Part shown: positions 53,187 through 63,716 of the stretch, piece after piece
Layout of the letters: every line of letters begins with the position of its first letter
How positions within the stretch are numbered: the stretch's first letter is position 1
Assembly (NCBI GenBank): GCA_963847185.1
Contig: CAWJYV010000004.1
Coordinates: 128,001-192,000, forward strand
DNA: 64,000 nt
Source: an uncultured Methanosarcinaceae archaeon
GTDB lineage: Archaea > Halobacteriota > Methanosarcinia > Methanosarcinales > Methanosarcinaceae
Reading direction: 5' to 3'
The notes under the pieces: model-generated
Database searches by the model: none
What the model saw: the letters and a program-made list of their open reading frames with translations, nothing else
What the model was told of the DNA's origin: nothing
Position numbers and translations under genes: made by a program

Positions 53187-56003
53187 CTACTTTTCCAGTA
53201 AATTAAATATAATTCTAAATTCTGTCCCTTGCACCCGCCTAAGCTCTATTTTTCCATCCAATTGATCAATAAGAGTACTTACTAACTGCAATCCTAGTGA
53301 TTCAAGCATTCCTAACTCTATATTTTCAGGAATTCCTATTCCGTTATCTAAAATTGTCAGACTGAAAAGGGATGTCTGTGTTTCATAATTCTTTTTTTCT
53401 CTGCAAAGTTTTATTTGGATTTCTCCTCTATCTCTTCCTTGGAATGCATGCTTTAGAGAATTCGAAATAAGTTCGTTAACAATTATTCCTAGTGGGACAG
53501 CGATATCCATATTGAAGAATGCGTTTTCTTCGAGGTCAACGTACAAACAGATATTTTTATTACTTAGGCTATAAGTCTGGAGAAGGTTTTCAGCTAGTTT
53601 TCGAAGATATATCGAAAAATCCAATTTATCGTTTTCTTCTCCTCTATAAAGTTCCTCATGAATAAGAGACATTGAGAGTACACGATTCTGACTTTCTCTG
53701 AAAGCTTCAAGTACTTCTTTGTCGCTGAATTTTTCAGCCTGAAGATCTAGCAGGGAAGAAATTACCTGCAAGTTGTTCTTAATTCTATGATGGATTTCTT
53801 TTTTTCTGGCATCTTCAGCTTTTGCAAGTAATTTTTCTGCTTTGATTATCTGAGTGATATCTCTAACAATAGCTGAGATGGCCACAAGCTTTCCAGATAC
53901 GTCAAAAACCTGAGAAAGAGTTATTGAAACATTAATAATGCTACCGTCTTTTTTCAACCTTAGAGTTCTGTAACGCTGGATTTTTTCATTCTGTTTAAGC
54001 TTTTCAATTAACTGTTTTGTTTCTCCTTTAAGACTACCCGGTTCAAGTATTGACAAATCTTTTCCAAGAATTTCTTCAGCTGAGTAACCATAGATCTGCT
54101 CTGCACCCTTATTCCAGCTGGTAATAATACCTTCCAGAGATTCAGTTATGATAGCATCGTCCGATGATTCCACTGCATTTACCAGTGTTTTTATCTTCTC
54201 TTCAGCTTTTTTACGTTCAGTAATATCCTGCACTATTCCTTTTATTCGAACAGGAATATTTTCATCATTAAATACATATTCTGATTTTAGATGGACTGTG
54301 CGTTCTTCTCCATTAGCTAAAATAATCCTATAATCAATACCAAAGGGCTTATCATTTCCAGCTTTTTTAATGGCATTACAATAGTAATCTTTATCGTCGG
54401 GATGTATATAACTTAAATATTCATTGAAAGATGGTGCTAATTCTTGAGTATTAAGTCCAAAAATACGATACATCTCTTTAGACCAGTATGCCTTATCACT
54501 AGCAATATGCCACTCCCAGTTTCCGATATGAGCCATTTTTTGAGCCTCAGCAAGACTTCCTTCGCTCTCTTTCAATGAATTATAAGCTTCTTCAAGCTCA
54601 ATTGTACGTGCTTTAACCAGTTCTTCTAAGTTATCTAGTGTCTCCTTCAACTTAATGTCCACTTTTTTTCTCTCTGTGATGTCAGTTAGCAAGCTTATAG
54701 ATCCTATAAACTTGCCTTCCGTGTTAAAAAATGCTTTAGCACTTACAAATGTCCATAATGATGCTCCATCTTTACATATCAATCTCAATTCATAGTTCTC
54801 ATTGATACCCTGCAACCTCTTCTTTATATTCTTCTTAAGGACAAGTTTTCCTTCTTCATCAGCAAAGTCCCATACAAATCTGCCAATCATCTCTTCTTGA
54901 GCATATCCCAGCATCTCGGCAATTTTCTTATTTACGTAAGTAATCCGCACTTCTGCATCCACTACGCATATACCTTCATTTACTGTCTCTACAATAGTGC
55001 GGTACTTTTCTTCGCTTTCTTGCAATGCTTCTTCAGCTTTTTTGCGTTCATTAATATCACGGGCTACATGAATACACCCAGTGAGTTTTCCTTCTAAATC
55101 ATGAAGTGGCGAGACGCTTACTATGAAATCACCACCCAAACTGTTCTCTTGAACTTCTTTTGTATGCTCAAGTCCATCATTAAGCAATTGCAGGTGCGGG
55201 CAAAAAGAAGGAGGTTCGTCCGTCCCATGTACAACACGATAACAGGTTAACCCCACACACTCTTCCGGCGTTACTCCTAGCTTTGTTGCCATGGCTTTGT
55301 TTGCACGAATAATTCGATATTCAGTATCAATTATAGTGATCAGGTCTGGAACAGAGTCAAACGTATATTTCCAATTTTTTGTAGCTTGAATAGCTTCTTC
55401 TTCCGCCTTCTTGCGTTTGGAGCTTTCTATTCGTTCCCATTCCCCTTCTTTTTTGATCAAAGTAAATTGATGGTTCAAGACAACATCAATTATCTCGGTT
55501 ACTTTACATTTAGTGAGGGGATAGGTGCATAGAGCTATGATTCGGTAGTTCCCGATCAAATTATCTGTTTTTTCTTTATATTCAATGAAACTATTCCAAT
55601 CTTCATTTCCCAGCCAGGAGGTATTTCCGCTAAGCCTCATGCCATCGTGGCCATTTTTGAAAGCATGATTAAGCTTTTCAACCCAACCATTTAAGATTTT
55701 CTCTGAACTGAAAACTCCTTCAGTAACAAACCAGTCAGTGTAAGAGATAACTTCAATTTGTCCTTTCTCCAGATAAGAATCAAGATCAGGTACAGCTATT
55801 TTCAAAGCTTTTTTTGCATCCTCTATTTCAAGGGGACATGACGTGACCCAGAGGCAGAACTCATTGTTTTCCAACCCTGCTTTGAAGTAAGGAACTAGAA
55901 TATCGGTCAAATCTTCTTTTGTTTCATAGAATTGGCAGATGTGCGTTCCCCAGGGTACACCTCCAATAATGTCGATACCAAACTTTCGCAATTTTTCTTC
56001 CAT
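53187..56003 (-). CDS. MEDS-domain multi-PAS histidine kinase (HisKA_2)
   Basis: VPWGTHICQFYET MEDS, four PAS/PAC modules, EIHHRIKNNLQ, HATPase motifs. Confidence 0.93.
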   Translation of the reverse strand: MEEKLRKFGIDIIGGVPWGTHICQFYETKEDLTDILVPYFKAGLENNEFCLWVTSCPLEIEDAKKALKIAVPDLDSYLEKGQIEVISYTDWFVTEGVFSSEKILNGWVEKLNHAFKNGHDGMRLSGNTSWLGNEDWNSFIEYKEKTDNLIGNYRIIALCTYPLTKCKVTEIIDVVLNHQFTLIKKEGEWERIESSKRKKAEEEAIQATKNWKYTFDSVPDLITIIDTEYRIIRANKAMATKLGVTPEECVGLTCYRVVHGTDEPPSFCPHLQLLNDGLEHTKEVQENSLGGDFIVSVSPLHDLEGKLTGCIHVARDINERKKAEEALQESEEKYRTIVETVNEGICVVDAEVRITYVNKKIAEMLGYAQEEMIGRFVWDFADEEGKLVLKKNIKKRLQGINENYELRLICKDGASLWTFVSAKAFFNTEGKFIGSISLLTDITERKKVDIKLKETLDNLEELVKARTIELEEAYNSLKESEGSLAEAQKMAHIGNWEWHIASDKAYWSKEMYRIFGLNTQELAPSFNEYLSYIHPDDKDYYCNAIKKAGNDKPFGIDYRIILANGEERTVHLKSEYVFNDENIPVRIKGIVQDITERKKAEEKIKTLVNAVESSDDAIITESLEGIITSWNKGAEQIYGYSAEEILGKDLSILEPGSLKGETKQLIEKLKQNEKIQRYRTLRLKKDGSIINVSITLSQVFDVSGKLVAISAIVRDITQIIKAEKLLAKAEDARKKEIHHRIKNNLQVISSLLDLQAEKFSDKEVLEAFRESQNRVLSMSLIHEELYRGEENDKLDFSIYLRKLAENLLQTYSLSNKNICLYVDLEENAFFNMDIAVPLGIIVNELISNSLKHAFQGRDRGEIQIKLCREKKNYETQTSLFSLTILDNGIGIPENIELGMLESLGLQLVSTLIDQLDGKIELRRVQGTEFRIIFNLLEK

Positions 56004-56114
56004 TCCACATTTACTCCAGGCTTGGATATAAAGGCAAAATTTTTTCCTCTAGGGATTGAGTCCTATGATCATTAAAAATTATTTCCCACTTCGAATATTC
56101 TGACTCAAATATTT

Positions 56115-56232
56115 TAGGACTTACGCGGTTGAACTGAATAATCAACAGCCTCAAACCTTCAACTGTCTAATGCATCGATTTGGTAGTAATGTCTATTGAT
56201 TTTGATTTTGAACCTCAAATGCGTAAGTCCTA
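56115..56232. mobile_element. MITE family C (118 bp) with 5-bp TSD TATTT
   Basis: TAGGACTTACGC / GCGTAAGTCCTA TIRs. Confidence 0.85.
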
Positions 56233-56939
56233 TATTTACAAAAAAATTCTCTTAAAAGAACATGCGCCTTAAATAATTATTAACGTTGAAACGCCTACCA
56301 CAATACGGATAACTAAAAATAATATTCTTTATATAAAGAATATATAACTCAATATGTCCATCATCTATGTGCTCTTTACTTATAAGAATTATAGTTACCT
56401 ATAGGAATATAATTGATAGGAAATATATTTCAACAAGCCTATGAAGGAAAAATGCAAAATTGTCTCAAAATTATGGTGCAGATGCTCAAAGCAAAAAATT
56501 CTGGTTACAAGCTAATTTTAAGCTCAAAAACGATTATCCAACCTTCGAATTTTTAATAATCAACCAGGCTTTCTGAAAATTGGTCTGCTTATTTAAACAT
56601 ATATTTCTGAGTATCTCAAATATTTCGATCATGTGCCTTTATCGAAAGTTTTTAACCTCTAACGGAGAATTCAGTTGAGATAATCATTTCAAGTTATTGA
56701 GCAAATATCAAAAGATACTTAGCAAGAAAAATGTTATTTTTGTTATCAAACAACGGGAAAAAAGGAGAAAAATATATCCTTTAAAAGCTTCCTTTTGAAA
56801 AGATTAATTGAATCAGATAAGATTCCCTGTTATTTGAAATGGAAAAAGTCCGTTAGTGCCATTGGGACAATATATGTAAACACTCTGGAAATGGCAGGAA
56901 AAATATGGAAAAGATGGTGTAAACAACTTAAATGGAGTT

Positions 56940-57284
56940 ATGTATAAAATAGGTATTAGTCAATCAACAGAGATTCTGGAGATGCTGGATTTGAAACGAG
57001 ATTCGGAAGGTTGTGCTTATGCACTGCTGGTGATGCACCGAATTTTCGGGATCAAAAGCAAAATAATACAGAATAACAACAATAAAATAATTATTCATGC
57101 CAGGAAGTGCTGTTGGGCAGGACAGATAAAAGGATGGAATGGCAGAACCTGTTTGTCCATGGACAACTACGAAGCCGGGTTGATTGAAAGTATATTGCCA
57201 GCTTCGAGACATGTATACACTAAAAGAAGAAGTTGTGGTGAGAATGTCTGTGAACTTGTTATAAACTTTAGCGAAGGTAATTGA
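56940..57284 (+). CDS. V4R-like small-molecule-binding protein (probably 5'-frameshifted)
   Basis: KCCW..C...E.G...G..CEL pattern. Coding-like sequence continues upstream in a shifted frame. Confidence 0.55.
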   Translation: MYKIGISQSTEILEMLDLKRDSEGCAYALLVMHRIFGIKSKIIQNNNNKIIIHARKCCWAGQIKGWNGRTCLSMDNYEAGLIESILPASRHVYTKRRSCGENVCELVINFSEGN

Positions 57285-57539
57285 TTTTTTTCGTTGCCAT
57301 ATTCGTATTCTCTTCAAATTATACTTTTTAAATCATAGCAAAAATATAATAGTTATTTCACTTCACCTTAATCTCTAAACTTTTCTCTGTTTACATGCGG
57401 ATTTAATGCTTGACTTTGATATACACTCATCATCGTTTCAAAAGTCCTTTGGATTCCATATCTGTTCAGATTGATGTCAACAATTCTGATGTATTATCGC
57501 AAACATTGTGCTTCAATGCAAAGTATATTGAGCCATTTT

Positions 57540-57900
57540 TCAGAATGAGCTATTGAGTTTCTTACAAGAGAATAAATTCTTCTGCCAACTATTCTTGCTC
57601 AGTCCGAGTGATATCAACATTGCTTTCCAGAGTATAGCTTCAATCACCTGCATATTCTTCGTTTCAAGAACTTTCAGAGCGTATTTACTTTTCAACTCCT
57701 TAAACAGCAGTTCTATGTCCCACCTTGCTCTATATAATTTTGCAATGTTTTGCATTCAAAACATCTTTCTGAATGTTTGTGATATATTTGTGGTGCTTTT
57801 CGTCTCGTACTATAATACCAGTTTCTTAATACCAGTTTCTTTAGCGTTTTGCCTTTGCCCTTCTTCGGGAAACATTTCCCGAAGATAGTCTTCAAAAGTA
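57540..57900 (-). pseudogene. IS4-family transposase remnant
   Basis: LYRARWDIELLFKELKS (YREK motif), fragmented. Confidence 0.75.
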
Positions 57901-58393
57901 GGTGGGGGACGAGGAGACATAGATACAAAGAGATTTGGTCATTATTATAAAAACATATGCAATAGATGGAATTTAATGATTAACCGATGATGAATGAAGC
58001 ATCATTAAGCCCAAAAAAGCTGTAAATAAAAAATAGTTTCCAATTTCATACACTATATACCAAAAGGATTTCATCTTATAAACAATTTATACGCCCGGCG
58101 ATATAGACTGATAACTCTTCCTTCCTATGCTCTAATTCATCTATATTATTTTTCATGCTGTCAGCCGTACAATCTAAAAAGAACTGGAAAACCGTGATTT
58201 TTGCAGATTTAAACGGAATATTCAAGTTCAAAATTATAACTTAATATTTTATATAAAGTAGACATTATTATATAGGATGGGAAACTATTAGGATTTAGAA
58301 TCTTTGTTCTCTTTTAAGATTCATGTTTGGGATATTTCTAGAGAAAGGTTCTTGAAATAAATTATTATTGGAGTTATTTGGGGGGGAATCAGT

Positions 58394-58621
58394 ATTAAAA
58401 GAAGGAGTAGGACTGATATAGCCGTAGATATTTTAAGAGTAGCAATGAATGGAGCAAAGAAAACTCATATTGTATATGAGGTAAATCTAAACTTTAATAT
58501 TGCCCAAAAATATCTGGAAATGTTGAACGAAAAAGAACTCATCAGGCAAGAAAAAGGGCTTTTCATTACCACTGAGAAGGGAAAGTTTTTCCAGGAAATG
58601 GCTAAACAAATAAAGCTTTAA
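58394..58621 (+). CDS. Winged-HTH transcriptional regulator with ATT at the start position
   Basis: KRRSRTDIAVDIL..GAKKTHIVYEVNLNF..KYLEML..ITTEKG. G-rich SD 7 nt upstream and an in-frame stop further upstream. Confidence 0.75.
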   Translation: MKRRSRTDIAVDILRVAMNGAKKTHIVYEVNLNFNIAQKYLEMLNEKELIRQEKGLFITTEKGKFFQEMAKQIKL

Positions 58622-58674
58622 CTTACTTTCTTATTTTTAAATTTTTATAATTATACTTTTTGTAATTTTTTGTA

Positions 58675-58809
58675 TGTAATGTATCTAAAGTTCTGTAAAA
58701 TCACAAATCTCAAGAAGTTACTGGGACGAAAATACTGTTTCAGAAAAATCTAATTTCATATTGTGAGAAAAAATTGACTTCAAACTTACAGCAAATTTGC
58801 GACACTGCC
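58675..58809. mobile_element. MITE family B diverged copy
   Basis: Interior matches 33129..33263; right TIR GACACTGCC, left TIR degenerate. Confidence 0.7.
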
Positions 58810-58953
58810 ATATTCGCAATGATACTTTTTCTCAGAAGGTATATGGCACTATCTACAAATTTTAGACTATTTGATTTAAGATTTTTACCTTTTTAGATCT
58901 TTTTTGTGTTTCAGAGTTTTACTCCATCTATAAAAAAAATCTACTATCAGGTA

Positions 58954-59071
58954 TAGGACTTACGCAGTTGAGGTTCAAAATCAAGGCCAATAGACATTAC
59001 TGCCAAATCTATGATTTAGACAGTTGAAGGTTCAACGCCTTTGATTATTCAGTTCAACTGCGTAAGTCCGA
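58954..59071. mobile_element. MITE family C (118 bp) with 5-bp TSD AGGTA, inverted relative to 56115
   Basis: TAGGACTTACGCA / TGCGTAAGTCCGA; interior is the reverse homolog. Confidence 0.85.
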
Positions 59072-59636
59072 AGGTAATCATATCAAGTTCGGAAATGATT
59101 TTTGAATAATATGTATTGAATAATATGTGCTATGCATGTAGTTTAAATTAATCCGATATGAACCTTACTTCCATTAAGCAAACAAAATATATTTTTTCCT
59201 GCCGACAATAATTCCAATAAATAAAAGTATTAGATTAAATAATGAGATATTTATTTATACTTAGATGCTCTAATTATATATTTGACGATGTTCGAGCATT
59301 TATCCCCTCGATTCGTCATTACACCATAAAGCTGTCGGGGTATTCATTTCCCCGACACACATTTTTACAGTTCAGATTTTCTGCTTAAAGAATCTTCCTA
59401 ATATTTAGAAGCCATTTTATATCCGCACTATAAAGCGAGACCGTGCTTCTTGTTTTATCGCTATTTATATCGGCAGAATCCACCAAAACGTATTCACAAT
59501 CTATTTTTTCTGATTAGATCGAATATATAACATATATTAACAATGTCTACTATTAATCGCACAAGAAGTGCAATGTTCACTTCCGTAAACCCATAAAATC
59601 AAAACCCAGGCATACCTCATAGCCTGGGTTTAATTT

Positions 59637-59767
59637 CATTTGGATTCGGTTAAGGAACAAAAAGTCAAAAAATGCTATTTTTTATGCAATATCTAAGAGA
59701 ATTCTCTTTGAAAATCACTATACGTGGTATTCGAAGTTGTATAAAATTCGTTAACCGAATCCAAATG
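59637..59767. mobile_element. MITE-like element E (131 bp)
   Basis: Perfect 17-bp inverted repeats CATTTGGATTCGGTTAA / TTAACCGAATCCAAATG; single copy here. Confidence 0.6.
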
Positions 59768-60180
59768 GGTTTAATTTAACTTCATTGATCATCGGTTAAG
59801 GATTTCTTTCCTTCTCCTGTTATTCTTTTTTGAATCCACCCTTGATTTCTTATTCAAACTATTCTTTTGTAGATTTAAAAAGAGTATTTTTCAGCGGTGA
59901 TAAGTTTTGCTTTATCGGATAATTAGCTGGAATTAGAATTTCAGGCATTTTTATCTACTCCAAACCCTGATCACAAAGTATTCTCTCATTTAAGAGAATG
60001 TATGCTTTATTTTCACAGAAAACATTTATATATATTAAATGCTAAGTGTATGCGTATTGAAAATAAAGAGACGTATAATCATCTGTTATTAAAAACCAAG
60101 TTTTGTTTTTAATCAAAGAGTTCTATACAATCTTATTTTTAAACAATTAACTAAAAAATCAAAACCAAGGTGAAACAAAA

Positions 60181-60369
60181 ATGGCTTTTAATGACAGAAA
60201 CTTCAGAGGAAACTCTAATTTCGGCGCTCCCAGAGAAATGCACACTACAACCTGTTCTGACTGTAATGTTGAGACGCAAGTACCTTTCAAACCCGATCCG
60301 GAAAGACCGGTTTACTGCAGAGAGTGTCTTCCTAACCACAGGACACCCAGAGAAAACCGCAGATACTAA
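60181..60369 (+). CDS. CxxC-x17-CxxC zinc-ribbon protein
   Basis: PREMH..TCSDC....VPFKP...RPVYCREC; SD AAGGTGA. Confidence 0.9.
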   Translation: MAFNDRNFRGNSNFGAPREMHTTTCSDCNVETQVPFKPDPERPVYCRECLPNHRTPRENRRY

Positions 60370-60607
60370 GTGTTATTTGTGTAATTGAGTTTACATCAAC
60401 ACTTATTTCTTTTTCACTTTTTTAAATACATCTTAGGCTCAGAATATACTTTTTTCTTAATCTAGAGCTCTTGCAGAATTAGAAGGAGCGCTTTGCAGAG
60501 TCTTTTTGATCGAAGTACTTCTTTTTGGTGGAATCTATTTAAATTTATCATACGTTAAACTCTTTTACCTATAGAAATTTAAGCAAAAAATCTTATACTC
60601 GAGATCT

Positions 60608-60824
60608 GTGAAGTTCAAAATTATCCTTGAGGAAGACTGGGAAGCCGGGGGATTTGTTGCCAGTTGTCCAGGCGTACCGGGCGCTTTTCTCAGGGCGACA
60701 CAGTAGAAGAAGCTGTTGAGACTTTAAAGAAATAATTCAGGCTTGCTTAGAATCACTGGCAGAAGATGAACTGCAGGAATGCATTGGGAAATCCTACTGC
60801 AGAGTGGTTGATGTGGTTGCTTGA
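60608..60824 (+). pseudogene. hicB: HicB-family antitoxin, frameshifted
   Basis: KFKIILEED..GGFVASCPGVPG / SQGDTVEEAVE / EIIQACLESL. Confidence 0.75.
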
Positions 60825-61044
60825 ATGTCGGGACTTCCTATTATTTCAGGGATGCAGACAATTAAAGCCTTTTCGAAAGCTGGCTTTCTCACCGGCAGGT
60901 GGACGATCACGTTGTACTTAGAAAGGAAGGTTCGAAAGTTACGTTGACCGTTCCGAAGCACAAAGAACTGAAACCGGGTCTTTTAAGAAATTTAATAAAT
61001 TTTCAGGACTTGCGGTAGAAAAATTCGAAGCTCTTTTGAAATAA
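60825..61044 (+). pseudogene. hicA: HicA-family toxin, frameshifted
   Basis: MSGLPIISG..IKAFSKAGF / DHVVLRK..LTVPKHKELKPGLLRNLI. Confidence 0.75.
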
Positions 61045-61261
61045 GTTTTTTGGGTTTGGCCATTCATTTTATCGAGAAAACTTCATTTATTAAGGTATTT
61101 TTCTAAATTCGTTCTAACTAGATTCTAATGTATATTTCCTGTCAACGGACTGGCCTAAATACCGGAAATTTGCGAACTTTCGCAGCTTCAGGAGAGAATT
61201 CGAAGAACCGATTAATTTTCACAATTTGCAGATCTTTCTAGAAAAGACTTTCTTGTTCTAA

Positions 61262-61849
61262 TTAATTTCTTGTAGCCGATAAAAGGTAGGCTTTTCTGCT
61301 ACTCGGACTGAGTAACGAATCGAAAACCGCGTCTTTTATATAGATTATATTGAAAAGAGGCGAAAAAGTACTCTCTATATCAGCTTTTGAGACCCTTCTT
61401 GGCAGCTCGTATTCTCCCGGTTCCTTATCGGAGAAACACAGCATGAAATATTTGCCGCCTTCCTTGAGTACCCTGTGTACCTGTCGAGCAAAGACTGGCC
61501 TCTCCTCGTCCGTCATAACGTGAAACAAGCCGGAATCAATGATAATATCGAATTCTCCCTCCTTGAAAAGCTGATCCATCTGCAGTACATTTCCTACGGC
61601 AAAATTTACCTTAATATGACGCTCTATGGCCTTTGCCTTTGCCTCGGAGACAGCCTCTTTAGCAAGGTCTATACCCGTGACTTCACAGCCACTCATAGCT
61701 AGCATTATAGCATTCTCACCCCGGCCACACCCTATATCCAGAGCTCGGCCAGGCTTGATCTCTCCACTTTGTATAAGAGCCTGAAAAGCGGGCTGGGGGT
61801 AACCAAGATCCCACGGTGGCGTACCCTTATATACTTCATCCCAGAACAA
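61262..61849 (-). CDS. Class I SAM-dependent methyltransferase (TPMT-like)
   Basis: PPWD..PQP, ALDIGCGRG, DSGLFH. Confidence 0.9.
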   Translation of the reverse strand: MFWDEVYKGTPPWDLGYPQPAFQALIQSGEIKPGRALDIGCGRGENAIMLAMSGCEVTGIDLAKEAVSEAKAKAIERHIKVNFAVGNVLQMDQLFKEGEFDIIIDSGLFHVMTDEERPVFARQVHRVLKEGGKYFMLCFSDKEPGEYELPRRVSKADIESTFSPLFNIIYIKDAVFDSLLSPSSRKAYLLSATRN

Positions 61850-62574
61850 TTTTCTCCTCCTCGCAGCTAAAAATATTAAGTTACAATTTGATATATGGTT
61901 AACGATAAACTTTATTTTAATAACTTTCTGGGCGACCTTTTTTGGAACTTCTAATTATTTTTGACAAAAACTTTGAAACACCGACCGGTTTTTTTAAATA
62001 AAAACCGGATTAATGCATGTGAAAAAGGTTATTTTTTCCCTAATTTGCGGATCTTTGTAGATTTGGAAGAAGTACTTCACAGGACCTATCTTTTAGACCA
62101 AAGTGATTCTTTTCCGTTGAGGAACGTTTTAGAATTATGGTGAAATGTCAAAACTGGACTGATGAATACTAACGAAAATCTCCCCCTATAAATTTCAGTT
62201 AAAATATATTTTTTCCTACTCTCGGCTCGCCCGAATCTAAAGAGAACTAACAAATCCGTGGTATTTGCAGATTTGGAAAGAGCGCTTTTCAGGGTCGATA
62301 AGTTTTGCTTTATCGGATAATCAGCCAGAATTGGAATTTCAGGCGTCTTTGTCGTTCCATATACCTACCTCATAAAGTTTTTCCTCATTTAGAAGGTGCA
62401 CTTCTATAATTATAGGAAGATTTATATATTTTAATTGCTATGTATGTGTGTTGATAAATAAAGATCCGTATAATCATCTGTTATTAAAAACCAAGTTTTG
62501 TTTTTAATCAAAGGGTTCTATACAATCTTGTTTTTGAACTATCAACTATCCGCTAAAGCGGAGGTGAAACGAAA

Positions 62575-62757
62575 ATGGCTTTTAATGACAGAAATTTCAG
62601 GGGAAATTCCGGAGGCTTCCGCGGTAACAGCGGTCCAAGGGAAATGACAAAAGTGACCTGTTCTGACTGCGGTGTTGAGACCGAAGTACCTTTCAAACCC
62701 ACCGAAGGCAGGCCAGTATACTGCAGAGAATGTCTTCCTAACCACAGGAAATTCTAA
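62575..62757 (+). CDS. CxxC-x17-CxxC zinc-ribbon protein (paralog of 60181)
   Basis: Same motif; SD GGAGGTGA. Confidence 0.9.
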   Translation: MAFNDRNFRGNSGGFRGNSGPREMTKVTCSDCGVETEVPFKPTEGRPVYCRECLPNHRKF

Positions 62758-62973
62758 AGATAATATGCGTCAGACGTTAATTTTGCATTAAACTTACATT
62801 ACGCCTGACTCACTTTTTTGTTTTTTTGCTTATTCTCTTTGTTTCTTTATTTGTTTCCACCTCATGCGGCAGAGAAAGTAAGAACAAACCGGCATTAATA
62901 ATGAGAATCTGTGTGAATTATTCAATACTAAACTTCTAAAAAATAAAACAAAATCTATTAAGGAGGAATTAAC

Positions 62974-63327
62974 CTGGCTAATTACAGAAGCACCATTAGA
63001 AAAAGAAGAGTAGGATCTACAAAACCAGTAAACTCAGGAGATACTTCTGAAGTATCCAGAGTAAGAATTCCCCGCAAGGACAAAAATGAAGTCCTGGCAA
63101 CGGTTGCAAGTTTACTCGGCTCGAAAAGAGTAACACTTCAGTGTATGGACGGGGTTGTCCGAATGGGCCGAATTCCAGGCTCTAAAAAGAAGAGAATGTG
63201 GATCCGTGAAGGCGATGTTGTCATAGCCAATCCATGGGAAATCCAGGACTCTAAAGCCGAAATAAACTGGAAATACACAGGGCCTCAGGTAGAATGGCTT
63301 GAGCGAAAAGGCTACATTAAGTACTGA
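62974..63327 (+). CDS. eif1a: Translation initiation factor aIF-1A with CTG start
   Basis: VRIPR..EVLATV..LLG....[30 protein letters not shown]...WKY. SD AGGAGG 7 nt before CTG; in-frame TAA just upstream. Confidence 0.92.
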   Translation: MANYRSTIRKRRVGSTKPVNSGDTSEVSRVRIPRKDKNEVLATVASLLGSKRVTLQCMDGVVRMGRIPGSKKKRMWIREGDVVIANPWEIQDSKAEINWKYTGPQVEWLERKGYIKY

Positions 63328-63586
63328 TTTAAGATATCAGAATAAAGATACCTGATAGAGGTATCTGAAATGAAGGTGTCTGAAAAGATGCCCTGAAATC
63401 TACATTCTACTTTTCTACAGAGCGTGTCTATATTGATGCGGGTAAGATCCTGCAATACAGCAGTTTATAGCAGCTTACTAATATATCCCACAAGAATAGC
63501 GGCTTACTAATATCTTACAGGGATTTATAATTATTAAAGAAAGATACTAAATTTCTTCTATTCTCTCTTATTTCTACTTTAATATA

Positions 63587-63716
63587 GAGCCTATCCCAAA
63601 ACTACTTTTTATATCCAAATTCATAAGAATTTCAGAATACTTTCCCGATTAGCACTCGGTTAATCATTTAAAAATCGAAATTCTAAGAGATGATTTTTGA
63701 GTTTTAGGACCAACTC
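63587..63716. mobile_element. MITE family A diverged copy
   Basis: GAGCCTATCCCAAAACT / AGTTTTAGGACCAACTC, TA flanks. Confidence 0.75.

Noticed and set aside
56115-59071. Composite transposon bounded by inverted family-C MITEs
   Set aside because: Each copy has its own TSD, indicating independent insertions.
63145-63327. 60-aa ORF as the full aIF-1A
   Set aside because: It lacks the conserved N-terminal half, which is present in frame upstream.
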